A DNA stretch of 64,000 nt from contig JAITRB010000003.1 of the NCBI GenBank assembly GCA_031288595.1, positions 27,861 through 91,860 on the forward strand. Reading direction: 5' to 3'. Under the pieces are notes generated by a model. That model made no database searches. It had not been told where the DNA came from and worked only from the letters and a program-made list of their open reading frames with translations. Source of the stretch: Puniceicoccales bacterium (GTDB lineage Bacteria > Verrucomicrobiota > Verrucomicrobiia > Opitutales > JAIRLG01). The translations under genes were made by a program, and so were the position numbers. Below, in pieces: positions 34,832 to 43,565 of this stretch (within the stretch, counting starts at the first letter, position 1; each line of letters opens with the position of its first letter).

Positions 34832-36007
34832 ATGGTCATCAAACCGAGAATTCGTGGCTTCATCTGCGTAACGGCCCATCCGGAGGGCTGCCGGGAGCAC
34901 GTCCGGGAGCAGATGGCCTATGTCCAAAAGCAGGGTGTGATTTCCGGAATGCCGAAAAAATTTCTCATCATCGGTTCCTCCACTGGCTATGGACTGGCGA
35001 GCCGCATCGTGGCGGCCATGGGCTGTCGGGCGGACAGCATCGGCGTGTTTTTCGAACGGCCAGAAGAGGCGGAACATCCAGCTTCAGCCGGCTTCTACAA
35101 CGCACGGGCACTGGATGCTTATGCTCGAGCTGAAGGCCTGCTGTCCGAGAGCATCAATGGCGATGCGTTTTCCGATGCGGTTAAGGAAGAGGCTATCGAG
35201 CTCATCCGCCGACATCTGGGGCAGGTGGAGGCCATCATCTACAGCCTGGCCTCCCCACGGCGTACGGATTCCAGAACCGGCGAGACCTACCGCTCGGTGC
35301 TGAAGCCCATCGGCCAACCCTTTCACGGCAAGACCGTTCATACCGATAAAAAAGAGATAGGGGAAATCCATCTGGAGCCTGCCAGCGAGACGGAAATTCG
35401 CGAGACCATCCGGGTCATGGGAGGCGAGGATTGGCGGCGCTGGCTGGAAGCCCTGCGTACGGCCGGCGTCCTTGCCAGAAATATTCAGACCTGGGCCTAT
35501 TCCTATATCGGACCCGAGTTAACTCGGCCCATCTATGCCGAGGGGACGATGGGGCAGGCGAAACGGGATCTGGAAGAGACAGCCCGGTGCATCACGGATG
35601 ATTTATCGGGTCTTGACGGTCGGGCCTTCATCGTCATCAACAAGGCCGTCGTGACGCAGGCCAGCTCGGCAATTCCGGTCGTGCCGCTCTACATGTCCAT
35701 TCTCTTCAGAGTGATGAAGCAGAAGGGCCTGCACGAGGATTGCATCCAGCAAATGGATCGTCTCTTTCGCGAACAGCTGGCCCAGGGGGAACAGGCCCTC
35801 CGCGACGCCGAAGGCCGCATCCGCCTGGATGATTGGGAGATGCGCCTCGATGTGCAGGAAGAGGTGAGGAAAATTTGGCCGCAAATCACGACCGAGAACC
35901 TGGAGGAGCTTTCCGATTTTGCCGCTTACCAACAGGATTTCCTGAAACTCTTCGGCTTCGGCTTTCCCTACGTGGACTACGAAGCGGATATCCCTCTGAC
36001 CCATTAA
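34832..36007 (+). CDS. fabV: Enoyl-ACP reductase FabV (trans-2-enoyl-CoA reductase family)
   Basis: MVIKPRIRGFICVTAHPEGC and LIIGSSTGYGLASRI are present. SD AAAGGAAAGGAG lies before ATG 34832. Confidence 0.85.
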   Translation: MVIKPRIRGFICVTAHPEGCREHVREQMAYVQKQGVISGMPKKFLIIGSSTGYGLASRIVAAMGCRADSIGVFFERPEEAEHPASAGFYNARALDAYARAEGLLSESINGDAFSDAVKEEAIELIRRHLGQVEAIIYSLASPRRTDSRTGETYRSVLKPIGQPFHGKTVHTDKKEIGEIHLEPASETEIRETIRVMGGEDWRRWLEALRTAGVLARNIQTWAYSYIGPELTRPIYAEGTMGQAKRDLEETARCITDDLSGLDGRAFIVINKAVVTQASSAIPVVPLYMSILFRVMKQKGLHEDCIQQMDRLFREQLAQGEQALRDAEGRIRLDDWEMRLDVQEEVRKIWPQITTENLEELSDFAAYQQDFLKLFGFGFPYVDYEADIPLTH

Positions 36008-36109
36008 GGAGATCGGGGCCTTGGAAGGTCTCCATGGTCGCCTCTTACTGCTGCCTCCGTAAGGATCATGGTCTGCTTAAAACTTAGGGGCATGGCTAGC
36101 GCCCTTGTT

Positions 36110-36205
36110 CTCCCCGCCAACGATCCGCGCTGGGCCAAAGGCCCAGCGCCTGCTGCGCAGAGCGCAGCAGCAAAGCTTAAAAGCTTTGGGATCGTTGGTG
36201 GGGAG
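36110..36205 (+). repeat. Cloverleaf palindromic repeat CLR-B, copy B2 (diverged, with paired substitutions)
   Basis: Outer stem ctccccgccaacgatc/gatcgttggtggggag. Hairpins are gcgctgggcc-aaa-ggcccagcgc, ctgctgcgc-aga-gcgcagcag and caaagctt-aa-aagctttg. Confidence 0.9.
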
Positions 36206-36365
36206 GACTGAGAGCATCCCCAAAGCCTTATAAGGAGAACAAGTGAAGACTTCCCTCTCCGAAGAGAATCGGGCAGAGGAGTACTTTTATTAAAATCACA
36301 CTTTTTTCCGCCACTTCACGTTTTACGAAAGTTTGCTCGTTGTTTCATTAATACTTTTCAGCCTT

Positions 36366-37664
36366 ATGCTGGAATTGCGCTCGGGGCAGATTCAAATTCA
36401 GCGGCAGGTCATGGTTCCGGCTCTGGTCCATTCACTGCATTATCTGCAGTTGCCGTGGCCGGAGCTAGAACTGGAGCTGCGGCAGCTCTGGGAAAGCAAC
36501 CCGTGTATCGACCTCATCGTTTCACCGAGAGAGGAGGGAGAAATGGGCTGCAGAGCGGCTCCGGCGACGAGAGAAGGGAGATGGGAGGAGAATCTAGCTG
36601 CTCAGGAGTCGTTGGAGAACCATCTGGCCCGTCAGGTGCCGGAGCTGGGAGAGGAGGAGAAGAAAATTTTTTCCTTCCTCATCTCGCATCTGGACGAGCG
36701 CGGCTATCTGAAGGGATCAACGGAAGAGCTGGCTCGAGCAAGTCCCTGGACGGCTGAGAACCTGGAATCCGTGCGGGAGATCCTATGTTCGCTGGAACCT
36801 AAAGGGATCGGAGCCCGGGATATCGTCGATTGCTGGCTGGCGCAGATGGCGAAAGAGCGGGCCCCGCTACGGGAATTTCTGCTGCTCAATCGGGATGACC
36901 TTCTGGCCAAGCGCTATGGCCGCATTCTTCGGCGGATGCATTGGGATCGTCGACAGCTGGCTCATGCCTTGCAGGGATTGCGCAGCTTGGCGACGGCCCC
37001 ACTGAGGACTTGGCAGGAGAATGAGGCTGTACTGCGCATGCCTGATCTCTATTTTTCAAAGGACGGGACTGGAAACTGGAATTTGCACCTGGCCTCAGAA
37101 TCCTATACGCTGCGCTGGAGCGAGGGGTACAAGGATTGGTTGGCCGATGAGGAGCAGCGGAGCGACCGAAGGGCCATGGCCTATTTTCGTACCCAGCGGC
37201 AGCTGGCCAAGCGCTGGATGCACGCGCTATCGCGGCGAACGGCGACGTTGCGGCGTATCGGCGAGTTTATTTTGAAGGAGCAGCGCCCGTTCTTCGAGGA
37301 GGAAGATCATCCGCTGCGAGCCTGCTCCCAGAAAGATGCGGCGGGAGAGCTGGGGCTGAATCCAGCTACGCTCTGTCGAGCCCTGCGGGATAAGTACGCT
37401 GCCTTGCCCTGGGGAACGCTGGCTCTGGTCGATTTTTTCCCGGGCTCCTGGAGGGGCAGCGGCTCGGATATCCCCATCCCGCAGATTCGCCAGAAGCTCG
37501 ACGAGTGGATTGCGGAGGAGGACAAAGAGGATCCTTTGAGCGATAGGGTCCTTGCGAAAAGATTTCGGGAGGAGATGGGTTGGCCCATTCCCCGTCGAAC
37601 CGTGGAAGCCTATCGCCGGCGCTGGGGGATTGCCTCTGCCAACGACCGCAGATATGGCCTGTAG
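36366..37664 (+). CDS. rpoN: RNA polymerase sigma-54 factor
   Basis: It has the region I MLELRSGQIQIQRQVMVPAL and a C-terminal RpoN box, PRRTVEAYRRRWGI. The start is moved to ATG 36366. Confidence 0.85.
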   Translation: MLELRSGQIQIQRQVMVPALVHSLHYLQLPWPELELELRQLWESNPCIDLIVSPREEGEMGCRAAPATREGRWEENLAAQESLENHLARQVPELGEEEKKIFSFLISHLDERGYLKGSTEELARASPWTAENLESVREILCSLEPKGIGARDIVDCWLAQMAKERAPLREFLLLNRDDLLAKRYGRILRRMHWDRRQLAHALQGLRSLATAPLRTWQENEAVLRMPDLYFSKDGTGNWNLHLASESYTLRWSEGYKDWLADEEQRSDRRAMAYFRTQRQLAKRWMHALSRRTATLRRIGEFILKEQRPFFEEEDHPLRACSQKDAAGELGLNPATLCRALRDKYAALPWGTLALVDFFPGSWRGSGSDIPIPQIRQKLDEWIAEEDKEDPLSDRVLAKRFREEMGWPIPRRTVEAYRRRWGIASANDRRYGL

Positions 37665-37666
37665 CC

Positions 37667-39043
37667 ATGCTGAATCCGGAGATTTGGCAGAAGTTCACAG
37701 CGGGGCAGTGGGTCAGGGGCAAACTGCCGCCTGTGGCGGGTCCCTTCTGCCACGACAGCCGCCGCTGTCGAGCGGGAGAGATCTTTCTGGCCCTTAGAAC
37801 CGAACGGACGGATGGACACGCCTTTGTGGCTGACGCGCAGCGCCGAGGGGCGCTGGCCGCCATCGTGGAATGTTACCGGGAAGAGCTATCCCTGCCGCAA
37901 TTTCTCGTCCCATCTGTCCTGCAGGCGGCGCAGGCCCTGGCCCATGCCCATCGGCGGCAATGGGGAGCAAATGGTCTCCGTCCTCTGATAGCCATCGGTG
38001 GAAGCTATGGCAAGACCACGACGAAGGACATGCTGGCGCTGCTTCTGGGTCCCCACACCTTAGCTACCCATGGAAATGAGAACAATATACTGGGCATATC
38101 TCTGAACCTAAGCCGGCTAGGGCCGGAACATGCCCAGGCCGTCGTTGAAATCGGCATTGACCATCCTGGGGAGATGGCGCTCGCTTCGGCGATGACGCGG
38201 CCCGAGCTGGGAGTGATGACGGGCATCGCCCCCGTACACGCCATCCACTTCCGCTCACTGGAAGAGCTTGTAGAGGAAAAACTTGGCCTTCTGCGCGACA
38301 TTCAGGCATCGGGTGGGAAAATCTACTTCTCCGCCTCTTGCCTGCTCCAGAGTCCTTTTCACGCTCTGGCCAACGCTGCGACCATCCTCGTCTTTCGAGA
38401 GGAGAAGCACTTGGTCCTGGGCTTCCCCTCGCTTGTTTCTTGCGAGCTGCGGGAATCCAGCTCGGAGCTCCGACTCAGCTTTGAAAGAACTGGTGAGGAA
38501 GCCTATTCCATCCCTTCCCTGTCGCAGGGTCAGGTTCGGAGCCTGGCCCTAGCACTCTGCGTGGCGAGGGACAGAAGATGCTCTCGAGAGGATTTACAGG
38601 AGCGTCTCCGGTTGTGGCAGCCCCCTTTGCATCGCGGGCAATGGAAATCATCTTCCTTGGGACGCGTCTACCTCGACTGCTACAATGCCAATCCCGTCAC
38701 CATGCAGGACGCGGTGGATTTCTTTCACCGGAAAACTGCTGACGAAAGGCGTGTTTGGATTCTGGGTGGCATGCGGGAATTGGGAATTTTTTCAGAGGAG
38801 GCCCATCGGCGTCTGGGCCGAAGCTTTCCACTCCGGACCGGTGATGCTGTCTTGGGAGTTGGTCGAGAGATGGAGGGCTGCCTGGAGGCCATGCAGAATC
38901 GCACCATAGCGGACGTCGAACTCGAGTATTCGGAGACGGGCGAAGGGGCTAGGGAGTGGCTTTGTTCCCATCAAGCATGCTTTTTCGTCAAAGGAAGCCG
39001 CTACTATGCCCTGGAACAGCTCTTCGAAGGCCTCTGGAACTGA
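37667..39043 (+). CDS. murF: UDP-N-acetylmuramoyl-tripeptide--D-alanyl-D-alanine ligase
   Basis: IAIGGSYGKTTTKDML, the Mur ligase middle domain and YLDCYNANP are present. ATG 37667 lies 2 nt after the rpoN stop. Confidence 0.85.
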   Translation: MLNPEIWQKFTAGQWVRGKLPPVAGPFCHDSRRCRAGEIFLALRTERTDGHAFVADAQRRGALAAIVECYREELSLPQFLVPSVLQAAQALAHAHRRQWGANGLRPLIAIGGSYGKTTTKDMLALLLGPHTLATHGNENNILGISLNLSRLGPEHAQAVVEIGIDHPGEMALASAMTRPELGVMTGIAPVHAIHFRSLEELVEEKLGLLRDIQASGGKIYFSASCLLQSPFHALANAATILVFREEKHLVLGFPSLVSCELRESSSELRLSFERTGEEAYSIPSLSQGQVRSLALALCVARDRRCSREDLQERLRLWQPPLHRGQWKSSSLGRVYLDCYNANPVTMQDAVDFFHRKTADERRVWILGGMRELGIFSEEAHRRLGRSFPLRTGDAVLGVGREMEGCLEAMQNRTIADVELEYSETGEGAREWLCSHQACFFVKGSRYYALEQLFEGLWN

Positions 39044-39061
39044 TATCTGGGCGCTTTGGGG

Positions 39062-39152
39062 CTTCGCCAGCGATCCGCGCTGGGCTCCCGCCCAGCGCCT
39101 GCTGCGCGGAGCGCAGCAGCAAAACTTAAAAGTTTTGGGATCGCTGGCGAGG
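39062..39152 (+). repeat. Cloverleaf palindromic repeat CLR-B, copy B3
   Basis: Outer stem tcgccagcgatc/gatcgctggcga. Hairpins are gcgctgggc-tccc-gcccagcgc, ctgctgcgc-gga-gcgcagcag and caaaactt-aa-aagttttg. Confidence 0.9.
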
Positions 39153-39180
39153 AAAACAGAGAACGACTTCTGGAGGGAAG

Positions 39181-40221
39181 ATGCATTGGGCTTCGTTGAG
39201 TGAAGAGCCTTGTCAAAGGAGAAGAAGCTTGCAAAAAGGACTCTCTTTGTCGGAGGCCATTCGAGTCGAATCTCTGAGCAAGCGCTATGGGAAGCTCATC
39301 GCGGTGGATGGGATTTCCTTCAGTGTCCAGGCGGGCGAAGTCGTGGGGTTTCTGGGCCCCAATGGGGCAGGCAAGTCTACGACGCTGAAAATCCTTGCCG
39401 GTTTATTGGAGGCAGAGGCAGGACGAGTTGCCCTTTTCGGCCAATCGGTAGCTGAAAATCCCCGCATCGCCAGTGCCCATATAGGCCTGATGCTGGAGAA
39501 TAACCCCTTACCAGGGAAACTGCGGGTCGGTGAGTACCTGCGCTTCCGGGCACGGATGAAAGGCGTCGCCTCGGAGAGCGTTTATCAGCATGTCGAAAAG
39601 ATCATGCGCTACTGCGACCTCTACCACAAGGCGCGGCACCGGCGCATCACCTCACTTTCCAAGGGCTTCCGCCAGCGGGTTGGGGTGGCGGAGGCCCTTT
39701 TGGGTAGTCCGCAAATCGTCATCCTCGATGAACCGACTATTGGCCTAGACCCGCACCAGGTTCTACTCTTCCGCCAGCTCATCGAGGCCTTTCGGAGCCA
39801 CTACACTTTCGTGATTTCCAGTCACATTCTTTCCGAAATCGAGGCCATTTGCGACCGCATCCTCATCCTCCACCAGGGTCGCTTGGTGGCCGACGGCAAT
39901 ATCGTCCAGCTGAGAAGGGAATTCGCGCCGGAGGCGACCCTAGTTCTGCAGCTGTCGGGGGATGCCCGCTCACTTCAGGCCTTTGAGCAGCGCTACCCAC
40001 AGTGGAACTACCGCCGGCTCAAGGCGGACTTATTGGCCGATACGCAGCAGATGGCCATCGATTTCAAGGATTGCCTGGAGGAAAGGCGTGCCGTATGGGA
40101 GGCGATTTTTTCTTACCGCGACTGGAAGGTGTTGGGCCTGGAGGAAAAAAGGGCGACGCTGGAGGACATTTTTCTGGCGGCCACGCGGCGCCATTGGGAT
40201 GAAAAATCGCTGAAGGGATGA
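39181..40221 (+). CDS. ABC transporter ATP-binding protein (ABC-2/export type)
   Basis: It has Walker A GPNGAGKST, signature LSKGFRQR and Walker B IVILDEPT. The exact start is uncertain. Confidence 0.8.
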   Translation: MHWASLSEEPCQRRRSLQKGLSLSEAIRVESLSKRYGKLIAVDGISFSVQAGEVVGFLGPNGAGKSTTLKILAGLLEAEAGRVALFGQSVAENPRIASAHIGLMLENNPLPGKLRVGEYLRFRARMKGVASESVYQHVEKIMRYCDLYHKARHRRITSLSKGFRQRVGVAEALLGSPQIVILDEPTIGLDPHQVLLFRQLIEAFRSHYTFVISSHILSEIEAICDRILILHQGRLVADGNIVQLRREFAPEATLVLQLSGDARSLQAFEQRYPQWNYRRLKADLLADTQQMAIDFKDCLEERRAVWEAIFSYRDWKVLGLEEKRATLEDIFLAATRRHWDEKSLKG

Positions 40222-40985
40222 AAAGATTCTGTTTCCTGTGCGCCAATGAGGCCCGTCTGTTGGGCTATTCCTCCGTGAGCCATATTGGGGCGGCGGCCTT
40301 TCTGTTCGCCATGGGCTTCCTCTTCCTCTTTCTCCTGGAGGAATATACCCGATTCGCGCAATCGGAGCTTTTGGCCATAGCCTTTTTCAAGGCCTTTTGG
40401 ATTCCGAGCCTCTTAATCATTCCGGCCATCACCGCTTCCCTTTTCGCCGAACGCTTGGGGGATAGGAGCTTTGCTTCCCTGCGCATCCTGCCGATACGCC
40501 TCTCGTCCATCCTTCTCGGCGATTGGCTAGTCGCTTATGCTTATTACCTGAGCCTGTGGGCCATCGCCATGCTCTTCCCCTGGATGGCGCAAGTCCTGTT
40601 CCCCGAAATCGGCAGGTCCATGCCCTTTTTTCCCCTGTCCTGTGCCCTGGGAGGCTATGCTTTCATCGCCCTGAGCGGGAGCTTTTTCATCGCCATCGGT
40701 CTGTTCTGCTCCTCACTGTTGAGAAGCTCCCTGGTGTCAGGCGTGCTGAGCTTCGCGTTTCTCCTGGCCCACTTCCTCTCCGGCGAGGGGCTCCGGCAAC
40801 TGGAAGCCCTGCGGGGAAAATCCTTTGGCCCTCCTTTTCTCTCTCCGGATTTCTATAACGTCTTTCTCCAGATGGAGGATTTCTGCCGCGGCATCATCGA
40901 TACGCGGGTCATCGCCTTCTATCTCGCCGGAACACTTTTCTTCCTCTTTTTGGCTCACCTCATGCTGGACCGACATTCCGTCTGA
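40218..40985 (+). CDS. ABC-2 type transporter permease
   Basis: This is a multi-TM 255-aa protein. It overlaps the ATPase gene by 4 bp (ATGA). Confidence 0.6.
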   Translation: MKRFCFLCANEARLLGYSSVSHIGAAAFLFAMGFLFLFLLEEYTRFAQSELLAIAFFKAFWIPSLLIIPAITASLFAERLGDRSFASLRILPIRLSSILLGDWLVAYAYYLSLWAIAMLFPWMAQVLFPEIGRSMPFFPLSCALGGYAFIALSGSFFIAIGLFCSSLLRSSLVSGVLSFAFLLAHFLSGEGLRQLEALRGKSFGPPFLSPDFYNVFLQMEDFCRGIIDTRVIAFYLAGTLFFLFLAHLMLDRHSV

Positions 40986-41020
40986 GCAAAGTGTCTGTTT
41001 TCATCTTCCTCAAGGCTCGT

Positions 41021-42031
41021 TCAGAATGGGAAACTCGGGTGTTCCAGTGCCCTCATGGGATGGCTGGGCAGGACGCTTCCCCAGGGGAAAGAATGTCCGA
41101 GCAGGAAGGAGGTAACAGGCATGCATTTTCCTCCAGGGATCTGAATCTCTCTTAGGAACAAGTACTTCCCATCGCCGGCGACAATGGCAGCCTGACGAGG
41201 GGGGATGGATAGCAGGGTTCCTGCTTCCTTGTCGCAGAAAGATGATGGACCCACATCCGTCGAGCAGATTTTATAAATCCTATCGCCGAGCTCAAAAATA
41301 CAGCCAGGCCGTGGGCTCAGCGCGCGAATCCGCCGGTGCAGAACTTCTGCCGGCGCGTGGAAATCCAGGAATCGGTCGCGGGTCTCGAGTTTCCGGCAGT
41401 AGCTGACTTTGCTGCTATCCTGCGGATGGTATTCGGCCGTACCCGACAGCAATTGCGGCAGAAATTGCTCAGCCAGGGATCGGGCCGCATGGCTCAGCTT
41501 GGCCGTTAGCTCGGTCTGGGTATCGAAGAAATCGATGGGGACAGAGAGCGAACCCAGGCAATCCCCAGCATCCATGGCCGCGGTGATTTCCATCAGGCTC
41601 ACGCCTGTTTCGGCGGCCTCCGAGGCCAGGGCCGCTTCCGTTGGGGTCGCTCCGCGGAAGCGCGGGAGCAGGGAGGCATGGAAGTTGAAAATGCCCAGGC
41701 GTGGGCATTCACGAATGGACTTCCCTATCATCTGCCCATAGGCCATGACGAGGAGCAACTCACAGGACTGTTGCTTCAACCATTTCAACGTCCCTTCATC
41801 CAACTTCTCAGGCCGATGGAGAGGAATTTTTCGCTCCAGGGCCCATTGGGCAACCAGGGTCGGTTTTGAGCTCTTTCCCCTTCCGCTAGGTCGATCGGGT
41901 TGGCTGATGATGCCCCTTAGGCGTAGGTGCTGGGCCAGCACGTCTTCCTGATGGAGGAGATCCAACAGCGGCAGGGCGATGGAATGGGAAGCGGCGAAGA
42001 TGACGGAGGGAATGCTCTCAGGCTTGGGCAT
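41021..42031 (-). CDS. fmt: Methionyl-tRNA formyltransferase
   Basis: SQPDRPSGRGK and FNFHASLLPRFRGATP are present. The start is moved to ATG 42031 because the track's 42163 start reads through repeat C1. Confidence 0.85.
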   Translation of the reverse strand: MPKPESIPSVIFAASHSIALPLLDLLHQEDVLAQHLRLRGIISQPDRPSGRGKSSKPTLVAQWALERKIPLHRPEKLDEGTLKWLKQQSCELLLVMAYGQMIGKSIRECPRLGIFNFHASLLPRFRGATPTEAALASEAAETGVSLMEITAAMDAGDCLGSLSVPIDFFDTQTELTAKLSHAARSLAEQFLPQLLSGTAEYHPQDSSKVSYCRKLETRDRFLDFHAPAEVLHRRIRALSPRPGCIFELGDRIYKICSTDVGPSSFCDKEAGTLLSIPPRQAAIVAGDGKYLFLREIQIPGGKCMPVTSFLLGHSFPWGSVLPSHPMRALEHPSFPF

Positions 42032-42057
42032 TTTTTGCTCGGTTGTGCAGATTTTGC

Positions 42058-42152
42058 GCGACGGCCCCTTGACAGAGTCAAGGGCAAGCTTCCCGCTCCG
42101 CGGGAAGCTTGCGGTCAGCGCCCGGCGAAGCCGGGCGCTGACTGGCCGTCGC
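42058..42152. repeat. Cloverleaf palindromic element CLR-C (singleton in this window)
   Basis: Outer stem gcgacggcc/ggccgtcgc. Hairpins are ccttgac-aga-gtcaagg, gcaagcttcccgc-tcc-gcgggaagcttgc and gtcagcgcccggc-gaa-gccgggcgctgac. Confidence 0.8.
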
Positions 42153-42248
42153 ATGAAGAACAAGAGAGCCTCCCCATCGATTCTTGCCCCTAGGGCTGAA
42201 AGTGGCCATTGTATACTGAGCAGTCCCCGCCTTTTTCTGAGCTCCTTA

Positions 42249-43565
42249 TCAGAAAAGGAGGTATTCCTGTGGGAACCAGGGTCTGAGGACTTTAGGAATG
42301 GCTACGCTCTTCCGGTCTTCCCGTAAAGAATTTTCGAGCAGGGCGGCCAAAACGCGCGGGACAGCGAGACCGGAACCATTGAGGGTGTGAAGGAAGGCGG
42401 TCTGGCCCGCTTTCCCATTCCGAAAGCGGATATGGGCCCGACGCGCCTGAAAGTCGCTAAAATAGCTGCAGCTGGAGACCTCCAGCCAGCGCTTCTGCCC
42501 ACCGGCCCACACCTCCAGATCGTACTGCTTGGCGTGCGGAAAGCCCATGTCGCCCGTGCAAATCTCCAGAACGCGGTAGGGCAGTTCCAGTTTCTGCAGC
42601 AGGACCTCTGCATCGGCCCGAAGAGATTCGAGCTCTTCCAGGCCTCGATCGGGATCTACCCATTTGACCAGTTCCACCTTGTCGAATTGGTGAAGGCGAT
42701 TGAGTCCCCGCACTTCTTTCCCCCAACTGCCGGCTTCGCGGCGAAAGCAGGGTGTATAGGCACAGCGGTAAATCGGCAGTTCTTTCGCCTCAAAAATCTC
42801 ATCGCGGAAGAAGTTGGTGACCGGTACTTCGGCCGTCGGTATGGCGTAAAATCCATCCTCAGATGCCCGATACATCTGGCCCTCCTTGTCCGGCAGCTGT
42901 CCGGTAGCCCTCGCACTGGAAACATTGACGAAGAGAGGCGGCATGAGCTCGACATAACCCCTGCTCCTCGCCTCTTCGAGGAAGAAGGCGATGAGCGCCC
43001 GGACGAGACGGGCCATATCACCGACGTAAAAGGGGAAACCGGCTCCGCTCACCTTGACCCCACGGGCGAAATCAATCGCCTTCTCAAAGCCGGGAATCTC
43101 GTAATGGGGCATGGCATGAGCTGAGACCTCTTGGGGCCTATAGGGCTCATGTGAATCCTCTTCGGCCTTCCTTAAATCCCGATAGGGCTGGGGGATCTCC
43201 CGATTATCTTCGGCCGTTGCTCCTAATGGTGTGGAGGAATGCGGGAGGTTGGGGATGGCCGCGAAGGCCTCTTCCCAGCGCGCTTCCAGCAGATGCAGGG
43301 TCTCTTCCTCTGTCTTCAGCCGCAGGGAAAGTGCCCGCAGCCGCTCCACTTCGGAGTGAAAGGTTTCGGAGGATTTCTCGACGTGCGACAGGGCCTCACT
43401 GGCCCTATTTTGCTCCGCCCGCAGGGCCTCGACTCGGGAAAGCAGCTGGCGCCACTCGAGGTCAAGGGCGAGAAAAGCATCGAGGTCTCCGTCGAATTTC
43501 TTCTTGGCCACACCCTCCCGCAGGAGATCTGGATGGGCCCGGCACCATTGAATGTCCAGCGTCAT
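42249..43565 (-). CDS. serS: Seryl-tRNA synthetase
   Basis: It has an N-terminal coiled-coil arm and class II motifs (YTPCFRREAGS, LNGSGLAVPR). The protein is 438 aa. Confidence 0.9.
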   Translation of the reverse strand: MTLDIQWCRAHPDLLREGVAKKKFDGDLDAFLALDLEWRQLLSRVEALRAEQNRASEALSHVEKSSETFHSEVERLRALSLRLKTEEETLHLLEARWEEAFAAIPNLPHSSTPLGATAEDNREIPQPYRDLRKAEEDSHEPYRPQEVSAHAMPHYEIPGFEKAIDFARGVKVSGAGFPFYVGDMARLVRALIAFFLEEARSRGYVELMPPLFVNVSSARATGQLPDKEGQMYRASEDGFYAIPTAEVPVTNFFRDEIFEAKELPIYRCAYTPCFRREAGSWGKEVRGLNRLHQFDKVELVKWVDPDRGLEELESLRADAEVLLQKLELPYRVLEICTGDMGFPHAKQYDLEVWAGGQKRWLEVSSCSYFSDFQARRAHIRFRNGKAGQTAFLHTLNGSGLAVPRVLAALLENSLREDRKSVAIPKVLRPWFPQEYLLF

